From Podarcis muralis (taxonomy: Eukaryota): a DNA stretch of 64,000 nucleotides. The stretch is from NCBI RefSeq assembly GCF_964188315.1, contig NC_135656.1:81406001-81470000 (forward strand). The letters are read 5' to 3'. The stretch's first letter is position 1. Every line of letters starts with the position of its first letter. A model generated the notes under the pieces. It did no database searches and was not told the origin of the DNA. It worked only from the letters and a program-made list of their open reading frames with translations. This document shows, piece by piece, positions 23,357 through 36,415 of this stretch. A program made the position numbers and the translations under genes.

Positions 23357-25993
23357 TACTTGAAAATTAGAATCTAATAACTGGTTCCAGTCAACATATA
23401 GTTTGTGGGGTGTTGTTGTTTTTTTAATAAATTCTACTTTTCTGATCAAGTAGCAAATCTGCTTTTTGTAAAGTGAAATTGAGCACAAACTTAGGTCTGT
23501 TTGCACCTCTGTTTATGTCTAAGAACTAGGAATGCCTGGAGGGACGTATGGGAGAAGTGTTGCCTTGGGCTCACCACACATCTAGTGACTGGATTCCATG
23601 TTGCTGAAGTGAACAGTTGATTTTGTCTTTTTTTTCTAAAACTCCGGTTATGTTATACATCATTTCAAGAGTGAAATTTTGTAGCCTGAGTGGTTCATCA
23701 CAGAGATACTACTCACACTAGTTTCTCAGTCCTGGTGCTTGCGATCCTATCCTTCAAATGTTACCGGAGCCCTATGGGATCCATGGGAACAGCAACCATT
23801 TCACCCCAGCAATGCACCAGCTGAGTCAGAGAGTAGAACCTGAAGACTTCAGGTCTGCAGGATCTGACTCATTTTACCTGAGGATGAGAGAACTACGTAG
23901 AAGGCATTGTAATAGACATGTGACCATCAACTTTTGGACACAGCATTAAATGGGATATGAAAGATACTTGGCACATGGCATGACAAGAGTGCTCTGGCTA
24001 TGGTTTCCTAATGTCACTCCTGTGATCTGCAAAGCCACAGAAATTTGTGGTTCTCTCCAAGTTGTAACTGATGCTGAGTACCAGAGCTCCGTCTGCAGTA
24101 TCAGAGGAGTAATCTGTATGACTCCGCTCATAAAAACAGTATGCATATCAAAGTGAAAGCTTGTGGCATTTAGTAGAAATCTTTGGTTATTGTTTTTTTT
24201 TAAAGAAAACATACAATGAACACTTTAGATGGGGTAAAAATCAAGGTGGGATAAATTCTAATTCTAAATGAATTAGTGGGATAAATTCTAATTCTAATTC
24301 TAAATGATGGGGCAGAAGACTGAAATATATGAGCTTTCTAATGACACACTATGTCACTGCGTCTGCAACTCTGTTTCCATTTACTTGGGAGTAAGGACCA
24401 CTGAACCCAGTGGGACTTCCTTACTGGGTAGAGATAATATATGATTGCACTGTAAGGCATGCTGTCTCTTACATAAGGCATGCATTAAAAATAGTTGTGG
24501 TTTTTTTTCAAGAACGGAGACAAATGCAACACTAAAAATGTTTTAAAAGAACTTTATATAAATTGTGGTGTGTGTGTGTGTGTAGGGGGCAGGATAACAC
24601 AGTGAGCATTTGAAACATTTAAGGCTCTCTTTTAACTTGAGCAATATGATGGGGTAATAGACATTCATCCAAGGTTTTTGTAAGACTAGAAGAATGTTCA
24701 GCCTTTAGCTTCCGTCTAAACTGAACTTGGTCAGCACTTCAACATGAAAATTGGACAATTTCTTAGGTTTTCTTGAGAGCCCTTTGGGATGCCTGTTCTT
24801 GGAAGTGTGTTCAATTTGTGCTTTGTTATGCTATGAAACCTGGCACAACCTAGCACAACATGCATCATTCTGCAGAAAATGGGAGAAGAAAGGAACTACT
24901 AATTTGGTTGTTTATATGGATGAAAAAAATGAACTGATTGTAGAAGGGAGTTGAAGCTACTATGCATCTTGGACAATCATGCCTTATCAAAGAGATAGGA
25001 GCAAATTATGCAAGCCAAAAGCCTGGCCTGGCAATGAAAGCTGTTACTGAGCTACATGTGATCCAGGAAAAATTCTTAACTTGTGCATGCTCTCTTATCC
25101 ATTAAAATATCAAAGGAAAACAGCTTTTTTTTAAAAAAAAAGACAGCTAATTTGCCACAAATCCATAGTTTCTAGTAAAGGATTTTTACACTCCTTGTGC
25201 CTTAAGATTCCTATACAATTGAATTTCTTCTTCGATTTTGGAGGTTTCAGGTTGTCTGAGTTTTTATTTTTTATTAGCACTGATCTGTTTTTGGTATCTG
25301 GGTTTTGTTCAGACCATTAGGCAGGCACAGTTTTTCAACTGGCATATATTTTCCTTTGTTACAGATTACCAATGAGTGTGCATGCACTCACACCAATATT
25401 TTGTTTTGCACCGTGATTTAATCCCATTGCAATGCACTCATGTCCACCAGGTTAACCTGTGTAGGGAAAAGAAAAGACTAACGGGAAACTTCAGCAAATT
25501 GCACATGTCCCAATTCTGTAATTAATTTTAGAAGTTCTCCATTATAAACTGGAAGACAGACAGAGCAGAACACAAGACAGAGCCAAGCCAAGCCACAGTA
25601 TAATAACAACATGAAAGTGGAGGATATCTGCACATTCTTAATTGTCCAACTATAGCTAAACACAAAAGCTAAGTAAGGAGGCAGGTAGAAGAAAGCAAAA
25701 GAATATGGGAAACTGTTGACAGGTAGGTGAACCTGTCTTCTCACCCTGCACAAACTGATGGAAGAAAATGGAAGAAAACCACTTATCCCACCAGCTGCTT
25801 ATGGGATGTTTAACCCCCCACCCAAGGAAGTGCACGAGTAAGTTATTCAGAGCTTCTGTGCTTGCATAGAGTACTGGTCCAGGGTCAAGTTGTTAGCAGA
25901 CATGGAAAAGATGGGTAAGAAAGAAATTTTAGGTGGCACAACATAACAACTAGGAATTTAGCCCTGGGATTTCCCCTAAAGCAAAAATATGAG

Positions 25994-26209
25994 TTCCAGT
26001 TACAGATGGGTAGCCGTGTTGGTCTGCCATAGTCAAAACAAAAAAAATTCCTTGCAGTAGCACCTTAAAGACCAACTAAGTTAGTTCTTGGTATGAGCTT
26101 TCGTGTGCATGCACACTTCAGATACACACTTCTTGTGTATCTGAAGAAGTGTGCATGCACACGAAAGCTCATACCAAGAACTAACTTAGTTGGTCTTTAA
26201 GGTGCTACT
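25994..26209. mobile_element. Penelope-like element terminus as a head-to-head inverted duplication
   Basis: ~77-bp inverted arms at 26052-26128 and 26136-26213; perfect 13-bp TSD gcaaaaatatgag at 25981-25993 and 26210-26222. Confidence 0.8.
26137..26174 (+). ncRNA. Minimal type I hammerhead ribozyme motif (Penelope-associated)
   Basis: GTAT-CTGAAGA-A-[GTGTGC AT GCACAC]-GAAA-GC-TC-ATAC: stem I gtat/atac, CUGANGA and GAAA cores, stem II, palindromic AAGCT in place of stem III; activity untested. Confidence 0.65.
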
Positions 26210-26254
26210 GCAAAAATATGAGGTTCATGCTTAGGCAAAACTTCTGAGGAACTT

Positions 26255-26637
26255 AAAGGTAAAGGTATCCCTGACCGTTAGGTCCAGTCGCGAACGATTC
26301 TGGGGTTGCGGCACTCATCTTACTCTATAGGCTGAGGGAGCCTGTGTTTGTCTGCAGACAGCTTCTGGGTCACGTGGCCAGCATGACCAAGCTGCTTCTG
26401 GCAAAACCAGAGCAGCGCATGGAAATGCCATTTAAGTTCCTGCCAGAGCAGCAGCGCATGGAAATGCCATTTACCTTCCCGCCAGAGTGGTACCTATTTA
26501 TCTACTTGCACTTTGACATGCTTTCGAACTGCTAGGTTGGCAGGAGCAGGGACCGAGCAACGGGAGCTCACCCCGTCACGGGGATTCGAACAGCTGACCT
26601 TCTGATCTGCAAGCCCTAGGCTCAGTGGTTTAGACCA
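26255..26637 (-). mobile_element. Sauria SINE (different subfamily, 5'-truncated)
   Basis: aaaggtaaaggt tail, gggattcgaac B-box; internal ~25-bp duplication gagcagcgcatggaaatgccattta; imperfect TSD ctga(g/a)gaact. Confidence 0.9.
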
Positions 26638-29600
26638 CTGAAGAACTAAAGGAGTTTTGATCAAGCTAGTGATCTGTAAGTTGCTATCCAAGTTTACATG
26701 AATTACATAAACCTTTAGCATTCTTACTAGCACGGATGCTTTCATTTCCTCGAGTGTTCTGTGCTTCAAGTTGTCTTTGACTATCTGAAGCTTATATGGC
26801 CAAGTCAAGCCACTGTCCACCTGGCCCAACGTTGTCTTCTTTGACTGACAGTGGCTCTGGAAAGTCTTTGGGAGACCTTCTGTATTCAAAGTACTGACCA
26901 CAGACTCATGTAATTTGTTCTAGTTATGGATTTGAAGGGGCACATGGGAAACCACAGAGCACCAAAAGTTGCAAGATGCATTCTCATTACTCAGTATATT
27001 ATTCTGTAATTTTTTGCCTCTTGTTATGACTGTAGGAGCCCTTCCTTCTCCACCTAGTTGCAAGGGTGTTACTTTACTTTCAGCTTTACTGAAATAAAAA
27101 GAAGACATAAAATAAACAAATTAAACAAACATAAAAATCTAATATTTCACACTGGCAGAGGAAGGAAGCAGAAAGAGAAAGGCAATGGTATAGGTCCCCC
27201 TTCACTGACACCTGGGAGAGTTTCTAGGGCTTGGACCCGACCCCCCAGCTCCTGAATCTGCTATTGGAAGTATCACTGAGAAGTTGCAAGGTTGCTCCTG
27301 AGGACTGTATAGGCAGAAGCTTCATGCCCAGCTAAATCCACTCCAAAATACAATCTTGAATTGCTCTCACTTCTTTGACTACATGGAGCCCTTGAACTCT
27401 GTTCTACCTCTATTAGAGGTTGCTATTCTTCTTGATCCTGAATGTTGCTTGTGGAGATTTTTGAGCCCATGGCATTATCTAGGGTGGTAGAAGTGTTTTG
27501 GCCCAATTCCACAATGAAGCTTATCTAGCTGAAACCTCCCCCCCAAAAATTCCTGTTTTCAGCTAACATAGCTGCCCTTGAGCTGTGCATTGCTGATTAG
27601 TGAGCTGCTTGTCATTAGGAAGATGCTAAGATTCACAGGGGTGGTGATATCGTACTACCATGGGAGGTTATTTTAGTATACACCATGAATAATATGTTTT
27701 GAAAATCCCTTTGGGGTGAACACTTAATTAGCACTAAATCATCTCTGTGCTATGCATTTGATTACTGAAGTGCTTTCTTCAGTCACATATATTTTATAAT
27801 AAGCATACCGCGGGGTGAAATGTACCTCCAGTAATAATCAGCTCAGAACTGTTTCAGAAGGCACATTTTCATCTCTCAATGGTCCCTTTCTAACAACCTA
27901 CTAATCTTTTCATTAAGCAGGCTTTTCATCAGCTCTGTTTCACACATCACTGCAACCTGAAGAGTTAAACAACCTAATTACAAAGGAGATGTTTCCACTT
28001 TTAAAGGCACATTAATTGTTGTCTGGAGCATTCAGTATACAGCACATTCTTACCCATGGATCAGTTTCTGACATTTACTTTACAAACAGGCAGTGACTAA
28101 GCTGCAAGAAACAAATGTCAATACAAAGCCTAGCAACGACCTACAATGTGTACAAACTCGAGAAACCTGCTATCATGAGAACGATGCTGTGCCAAATCAA
28201 AGTCCTAAAGAGCATAGAATGCAATAGGCTGTGATTTTTTTTCCTCCAGTGCAATCCAGAAACACTGGGAAATGTTGCTCATCTCAAAGATTCACACAAG
28301 TGATAAACATATTTGCACATTGTCATAAGGCTATAAATCTTGTCTCTAGCTTTGAATTTCATTGTTCTGTTCTTTGTCTTCAGACACTATGCGTCTGAAC
28401 TCTAAATTAGTAAAAGCACAAGCAAAATTCATCATGTTCTGGTTCTTCATTTTCTCTTACTAATAAGCACCAGACTTGTTTGTTCATTTTCTTTCAGACA
28501 CATTTATTTCTTGTGGCTTGCATGTCATTACTTGTGATGGACAAGTCTCAAGAGTTTAGTAGGTTCAGCTAAGCCCTTAAAGGTCTGGACAAATAAATAG
28601 GGATTATCTGAAGCTTTGGAGTGCATGTCTCCCGATTATCTATATTTCATTTGTCTTCCTTTTCTTTTTTTCTTTTTACATCTACTTTCTTCACTTGTCT
28701 TCTTAACTCATGAGTTACAAGTAGGTTCTAGAGGGCCAACTGAAAATAATCTTTCACAGCAGCCCATATTCATGGTGCAGTACTGATGCCAGTAGCTGGT
28801 CTCACACTGGATCTGAAGAATAAAGTCACTGTTGTTAGGAAGAGTAGCAAGCAGCTATTCAAGTGTTCTATTCAATAGCTTGATGGTGACTAAGTCACAA
28901 TCATGTGTCAATGTTGAGATCCAGACCCAATAACCAACGCAGAAGCAGCCATCAACTGGGCTGGAGCTGTATATGCCTTAGGTAAAGAACAAATTTATAA
29001 AGCAAGAAAAATTCTTAGAACAGGATAAAGACAACTTCCTAAGATTATCCATGCTATATGTGGGTGGCAAAATGGGGAAGAAGGTGAATTTGCCAAATAT
29101 TTCCAATGGTGGACTGAAATTCTCTTAACAGTTCAGGAGGAGATGGGGGGGATCCAAAGAAGTCAGAAAATTCTTTTGGGAGAAACATCTGGTCACTTAC
29201 TTTTGAAAGAAACAATCGCTAGCCCATTTGGGTGGCTAAAGGACGAAATGGGGTAAACGAAAAGAACTGGAAGGAGTAACAATTAAGCCTATTTCTTCCT
29301 TCAACAATATTAATAGTAAAAAGTATTAAAGTTGGTTCCACAGCTGGATCCAAAATTGACAAATGGCAAAAACAGAGGCCATTTTACTGAATATTTGGGG
29401 GGGAGGAATGACATTCTCTAACACCTCAGAAGGAATTCATTTTCCCTCAAAATCTTTGTCAGATAATTATTTTCTGAGCAATTTCAGCATGGCTCTAGCT
29501 CTGGTAAATGGGAGGTATCCATCTCCCCATGACAGCAACACTTTGCTGTCTCCTTTCCCTGTTTGGCTTCATAAAATCACATTGTTTGTGACCATTTGAA

Positions 29601-30648
29601 TGGTTCGCTTAGAAGTGAGGCCAGGCCCATCAAATGGACCCAAATTCCATTGTGCTGTATCCAATATGTTCACAGCTTCTTGTGAAACGAAATGTCTACT
29701 GGTTTGGAGTCACACTGTGATCTCAGGAGAACTGAGCCAAAATTTCTCAGAAGATATTTTGCTGGAAAAAAATGCCTGAGCTTCCCTGGCCCCTCATCCC
29801 CACTAGAGAAAGGCGACTTTGTATAATCTTTTCCGCCATTTTTTGATGGCAGAAAAGCACACCCCAATGCCATGGAACAATGCCAAGCCTAGGGCAGTAT
29901 GGAGGATGCAGATGGCGGGCAGGCTGCCAGCACAGTTGGCAAAATCACTACTTGAAGCAGCATCAGCAAGGGCAACACACACCCTGCAAAAAACAAGGGG
30001 AAAGGAACGAGGAAAAAGAATATGTGCTACTGCCACTGCTTATAGTAAGCCCCACCCCCAAGAAACTATTGGAGGATTTCATATTCTCTTGGAGAAACTC
30101 AGTGAAATGGTTGCCCCAATTTCTACTTCCACAAATAGGGTGGAAACTTTGAAGAGGCTGTTTGTACAGGAGCTCTAGATCTCTGTTTCCTGCCTGGGAG
30201 GAATCTGTGGTCACAGACACAATCAACACCAGAAGGATAAAAGATATATTCCCTGAGTTGTGTTTTCTCATCTTTCACCACTTTAAGCCACCACAGCACT
30301 CTTCAGAGGGAGATGTAGCCTCTGGTATGGATACCTGTAAGCCTGACTGAAGGTCTCTAGGAACTACACTTGCATTAGGTTCACATCCATCAGAAAGTGG
30401 ATATTTTTGCACCTTAAATTTAGGGGTAACAGAGAGTTCTCTACTTGGAGTTCTCTACTTGGAATAGACTCAGAGAGAAACCACCATTACTTCTCTGCCC
30501 ACATCCCCAGACTTTATGTCCCCCATACAGACTAACCAGGGATAGATTGTGACTATCAGCAGCAAAACATCTTCCTAGCTAGTACATTATATATCCAGGA
30601 CTTAGTTGGGAAACAATGTATACCTGAGATTTATAATAATGGTGGAAA

Positions 30649-30649
<1 letters not shown>

Positions 30650-30684
<35 letters not shown>
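30650..30684. repeat. (CA)n microsatellite
   Basis: Perfect dinucleotide run. Confidence 0.95.
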
Positions 30685-30692
<8 letters not shown>

Positions 30693-30705
30693 TAAAAAGA
30701 ACTGT

Positions 30706-31460
30706 GAAGTTATGGTGGTGGTAGTGATTATTTTATTTCCTGCCCTTCACCCTAAGGTCCCAGGGTGGGTTACAACAATTCAAATACAACATTTAAACAG
30801 TTTAAAACAACTTATAATCACAAACATTGGGGGAATCCTAAATAAACATCTCAGGTGTCTAAGGCCCTGGAGAAGACAGAGACATTTTCAAACACTGCAT
30901 AGTTCAGCAACTGCGTGTCACTGAAAACTGTAAAGTTTCCAGATATGCCTCTGTGGGGTACAGATTCCACAGCTTAGCAGGGGTCAGCAAGCTTTTTCAG
31001 CAGGGGGCCAGTCCACTGTCCCTCAGACCTTGTGGGAGGGGCGGACTATATTTTGAGGGGGGAAATGAATGAATTCCTATGCCCCACAAATAACCCAGAG
31101 ATGCATTTTAAATAAAAGGACACATTCTACTCATGTAAAAACACGCTGATTCCTGGACCATCCGCAGGCCAGATTTAGAAGGTGATTGGGCCTGATCCAG
31201 CCCCTGGGCCTTAGTTTGCCTACCCATAGAGGCTGCCACAGAAAGTGTCTGTCCCAGGCCGTCACCACCCTAAGCTTCTGAGGGTGAAATGTCCAAAAGG
31301 GCTCCCTCTGCTGCTCTTAATACCCAATGGGATCTGCAGAGAAGGAGGTGGTCTTCCAGATACACGGGAATATGAAGTAGTCATTATATCACAATTGCCA
31401 GAAAGATTCCTCAAAGTCAATGATTTCCAAGGCAGAGTGGGAAGACAGTAAGCCCCTCAA
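30706..31460 (-). mobile_element. Decayed L2 3' fragment interrupted by a MITE
   Basis: ttatttcctgcccttcaccctaaggtcccagggtgggttacaac is an L2-type terminus; L2-like sequence resumes after 31228. Confidence 0.6.
30978..31228. mobile_element. hAT (Charlie-like) MITE
   Basis: caggggtcagcaagcttttt ... ttagtttgcctacccat(a)g terminal similarity; TSD not clear. Confidence 0.7.
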
Positions 31461-33626
31461 CTTCCATCTGTCTGCATTGATGCTGCAGAAAAAAAACTAC
31501 TTGTCTAATTGCACCCTCAAATGTGACACTGCACAGAGGCCATGTAACAACCATTAGACACCAGGGATAAATTATCTGAGAAAATGCAGAAATGGGAGAA
31601 GACTGAAAGGGGGAAATATAGCAATAACAGGTAGGACTTGCAGCAAGCCTTGCTAAAGCATTCATTTCTGTGCATTTTTGAACTTCTAGTTCCTGATTAA
31701 TCTTCTCTGTAGGTTTACCAAAAGAGATTTGACTTGCGCGTCTATCTCTTTAAAGAAAAACAGATGTGCCTGAGGAAGCCATTAGTGCTCAATAAGGTGT
31801 CCTATGTCTGATGAGCAAACTGACCACAGTACCGCTTCCTAACTATTCTGATTAAACAAATAAAAGAGGAATACAGAGCTGGCTTTCAATACTAACGGTT
31901 TTAAAAGCCCTCCATAGAGATCATTATCTTGGCAAGATCTGTGAAGAGAATCTTTGCAGAGCCTAATAATGTGGCAGAGGTAAGCACTTAAGAGATTCAT
32001 CGTTTCAAAAGAGACCCCAACGCAGAGGACTGGAAGGGAACGTATATGGAACCTTCAGCCTGGAAAAATACTTTAATGAGGGGTGAGATATAGCCCAGAC
32101 TTGTGGAAATGTTTCTCTTTGAGGATCCTTTTTTTTTTAATACCAATTACTCTTCAAAGCTATCACATTAACATTTTTTGGCATAAGATGGTAATTAAAG
32201 TAGATGAGTGGTTTGTCCAGTGCTTTTGCATGTGATGTACTCAACAACACTCTTTTCTGACACTCTTAGGCTGTCACACACATTTCTTACTTTGGCACGT
32301 TATATAAACACTGATTTCAATTAAGTCAAGAATCTAAAAACATTTCAGACTATTCATCTTTTCTCTCTCTCTCTCCCTGAAGACATGACAAATTATTAAT
32401 TACAGTGATTGTTGTTCCTTGTTTTCAAAACCTTTTGCACACTGGAGGGGAAAAATTGCCAGCAATTTTGTGTTTTCCTGTTTCATCTTACAAATTCATT
32501 TTTATTTTAGCTCAAATCCTCTGAAGGATTAACAGTGACTGTTTTTCATTCTGCTTCTCATAACTGCTCAAAACCCTTCCTTGTTTTCATGTGCTTCTGG
32601 TAACACCACAGTAAAAAACAACACTGCAACATTAAAGACTTGGACACAGATGAGGACTAAACAGAGCCCACAGAAGGATGAGGCATAGGTCTCAACGTTT
32701 GTTCATTGGTTTTGTTTGTGCATCAATTCTTGTGCTCACAAAATGAACACTTCTTCCCTTAAGTACCTTTGCATTTTAAAAAATAACTTACAGTCCTTTC
32801 ACTGAGTTCTGCCACCTCCATTCTGTCACAGGGGGATCCTAGGGCATTTTCTATTGCCCTAATCGGTAAGAGACTTCCAATTATGTTTCTGGCTAGCTGT
32901 GCCCCAGGACAAACATGTCAACCATGCTCCCTAGATGATGCAGGATTGGTGCAATTCTGAAAGGAACTGTGGATATGTGCACCTAGGGCTCCCTGTAGAG
33001 GGATGTGAACCCTAACTGACCAGCTGGGAGGGAGCAATACATATACAGGTATTGTGTGTTGCAGGGTGTGTGGCTGGCACACTGGCAGTTCTATGATTTT
33101 TAGTAAATAGTAAATAGCAGCCACCAGGGTTGATCTGGATTGAGGTGGTGGTGGTGATGATGATGATGATGATGATGGGGAGGAGGGGATGGAAGCCCTT
33201 TCTTGTGACTACTATTAACAGAACAAAATATAATCATTGCCAGTTTTGTGTTCATTGTCATGCCAACTTAAGGACAAGGCCTTTTCTACAGTGGCATCAA
33301 AACTAAGGAACCATACTCTGGAGGAAAACTGTTTCATCCCTTTGACATTGACTTTCCACTAACAGGCAAAAAGACTGGATTGTTGTGAATCCAAAGCCAC
33401 TTGAGTGGTAGAGGGGATTCCTATATTTAGCTCTTTGTCTGACTCTCAGCTCCCTCTGCTGGCTTTAGTTTTTTTGCTTATTTTTATAGTTTCCCGTTTT
33501 CAACTTTTAGGTTTTTTAAAAAATCACTAGCCATATTGAAGAACCTTTGGCATAAAAGGGAGAATACTAAAAGTAAAGAAAAAATAAGACACACAAATCT
33601 TTGACCATTTTATTCTCCTCTTAATA

Positions 33627-33980
33627 AGGTAAAGGTACCCCTGCCAGTACGGGCCAGTCTTGACAGACTCTAGGGTTGTGCGCCCATCTCACTTAAGAGG
33701 CCGGGAACCAGCGCTGTCCGCAGACACTTCCGGGTCACATGGCCAGCGTGACGAAGCTGCATCTGGCGAGCCAGCGCAGCACACAGAACGCCGTTTACCT
33801 TCCCGCCGGTAAGCGGTCCCTATTTATCTACTTGCACCCGGGGGTGCTTTCGAACTGCTAGGTTGGCAGGCGCTGGCACCTAACGACGGGAGCGCACCCC
33901 GCCGTGGGGATTCGAACCGCCGACCATGCGATCGGCAAGTCCTAGGCGCTGAGGTTTTACCCACAGTGCCACCCGTGTCC
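33627..33980 (-). mobile_element. Full-length Sauria SINE
   Basis: Closely matches 3926-4286; 10-bp TSD cctcttaata. Confidence 0.95.
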
Positions 33981-34577
33981 CCTCTTAATAGGAACACATA
34001 ATTTCTTTTCCCCCCATTTTAAACCTCTCTCTGGGTTATCTGTGGTGGTAGTGGCAACAACAGAACTCCTGTGTTAGTCTGGCCACTATTTTATTTTCCA
34101 TACAGTGTCCAGACATAACATTATTGCAGGGCATTGTAGAGTAAATGACAGATGCGGAGAAAATAGCAACCTACTGGGACATTGTGGGGAAATCAAAATG
34201 GTGGCTTTGGCACCAGCATGGAAACCCATCTGTTGCACTGACCAGAAGATTCAGATGGGACCCCAATCCAGTGCTTAGGAAAATCGCTACCTTGAGCTGA
34301 AGTGGTTTGGAGGCCTGGGGGGAAATGAAGGTTGTTTCCCCCTCATTCAGTTTTGGGATATTAAAAAAATGTCTATCACTTTCTTCCCTTTTGTTGTAAG
34401 TAGCCAAAATTTGCAAACACAGTAATTTATAAAGCCTGCCAAATTACAGGCAGACAGGGCAATATCTGTGTGTGCTGGGGGCCTCCCAAAAACATTTTTT
34501 TAAAAGGAATCCTCTATAACATTTTTATTTTTTTACGATAAAAGTTGACGAAAGTTGCTGTTTTTAAGGGCGTGTAT

Positions 34578-34860
34578 ACAATACAATATAACAAATAAAC
34601 AATATAATCAAAGCAAAATAAAACCTAAAACCAATAAAACAGCAGTATAAAACATATAAAAGCAAATAAAACGAAAATTCAGGGGATTCAAGTACATAAA
34701 ACAGGGTCAAATTTTATTGGTCAGGGAAAGCCTGGGCAAAAAGATAAAGTCTTTATAAGACATCTGAAGCAACTGATAGTTGCTGCTTCACATATGGCAG
34801 AGAGAAGGGCATTCCATGGCATGGCTCTTTTCAAGGCAACACCCTATGATATTCTGCAGG
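34578..34860 (-). mobile_element. Decayed L2-like 3' fragment
   Basis: A-rich tail followed by gaaagcctgggcaaaaagataaagtcttt..gggcattccat, similar to other L2 ends in the window. Confidence 0.5.
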
Positions 34861-35419
34861 GTGTGGTGGCACAGGTAGAGTTCTGGTGTTGCTGCTCCCT
34901 CACTGTGTCCCTGGCAGAGCTGGTGGCTTTTAAATGTAAAAAAAGGGAGATGCAAAGGTAAAAAGTCACATACAGGATTTAAGCCCTTTCACCTCCCCTA
35001 AAGTCTGAGTGATTCATACTACTACCTTCTTCCTATTGTGAGATTTGTCAGAAATGAGTGAAATAATTTTTTTAAAGCCTATTTTTTAAACTGAAAGGAA
35101 GACCCTTAAAATATAATGAGTATAAGCATCAGGATAAAAGAAAATGGAGTGGGGGAGATGAATTGGAGTATGGCACTTATTTTCTTTCTTTTTATCTTTG
35201 TCTGTTTGCCAGAAAAGTAATGGTAGTAGACTGAGTCAAGGGTGTCCCTTGCTCAAATTCCTATCTTTCTCCTGCTTTCATCTGCAAACCACAAACCCAA
35301 GAGTGTGCCAAACCAGACAAGATAGAAATAAGATGGGGATATCTCAAGGTTTCTGCTTGCTTGCTTGTAAAAATATCAAAGTAGCCCCAACCTGGATCAG
35401 AATCAAAATGCTAGGAAAG

Positions 35420-35421
<2 letters not shown>

Positions 35422-35457
<36 letters not shown>
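35422..35457. repeat. (GT)n microsatellite
   Basis: Perfect dinucleotide run. Confidence 0.95.
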
Positions 35458-35458
<1 letters not shown>

Positions 35459-36415
35459 ACAATCTGAATTGTCACACCTGAATTTTTCCTTCAGGGGCAA
35501 ATGGTATATTCAGATATGGAAAATGGTTCTGCCTTAAAAGGAGATACAAGTTAATTCTAACATTGTTCTACCATCTAGTAACATACATTGCTATGAAACC
35601 TAGGTGTCTTTTTAATTCTGTTTCAAGTATCCACACATTCCACGTTAAACTGCAATGCTTAATTTAATATCAGCATGGCAATTGTGTGGGTATTAAACAA
35701 CAGATTATATCACCTGAGGGACATAGAAATAGAATTCAGAACGCGCTATGATGACTTTGAAGGATGGTTGCATTTTTCATATGAGTCAGAAAAGCAAAAG
35801 CAAAGAATCTCAACCACATATGAAATGAACTAATGCAGACGCTATGTTGAACACACTGCCTGCGGCACTCGTTCCCCGTCAGGATGAAAAAGATGTCCAC
35901 ACCACTGTCATGGTCCACAGGCTACAAGCGTTCCCAATGTAGCTGATTACTCAAAGCTTTCTGACAGCAGAAGGTCAGCAACTGTGGATCACTGGATGTC
36001 TGAGGGGCAATAATTTTGCATTTTAATGACCTAACTGCCAAAACTTTATCAAGGAAACAGCAAAGCCGGAGAACCAAGGGACAAGATGGAAAATATATCC
36101 AGACATCTTTCTTTGCTTAACTGCTGGTGAGAATGGAACAAATAATACCACTCCAAATTCCACTGACTTGTAAAAATTGTGGGTTCCCCCAACCAACTGA
36201 AAAATATTAATTTTTCTGCTACAGTGAGGTTGACCACATCCACACATGGAATCAGCCATCTGATTATTTGGATACTTTGTGACTGCCTACTGAAACTGCA
36301 GTTCTTTCTATGCCCTTTTCATATGTGCATACTAAATACATAGAGGTGGAAGCAGGATGGCACCCACAAGCCTCACCCCAACCTGCATGTCTTCAGTGGA
36401 AATGGGGGTCTATAT

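Noticed and set aside
22578-23370. Several overlapping 100-207 aa ORFs on both strands
   Set aside because: They lie inside a GC-rich palindromic MITE interior, where stop-codon scarcity explains them; there are no transposase motifs.
29670-30350. Cluster of 60-119 aa ORFs on both strands
   Set aside because: No frame gives a recognisable protein or a consistent spliced exon; all tested exon readings hit stops.
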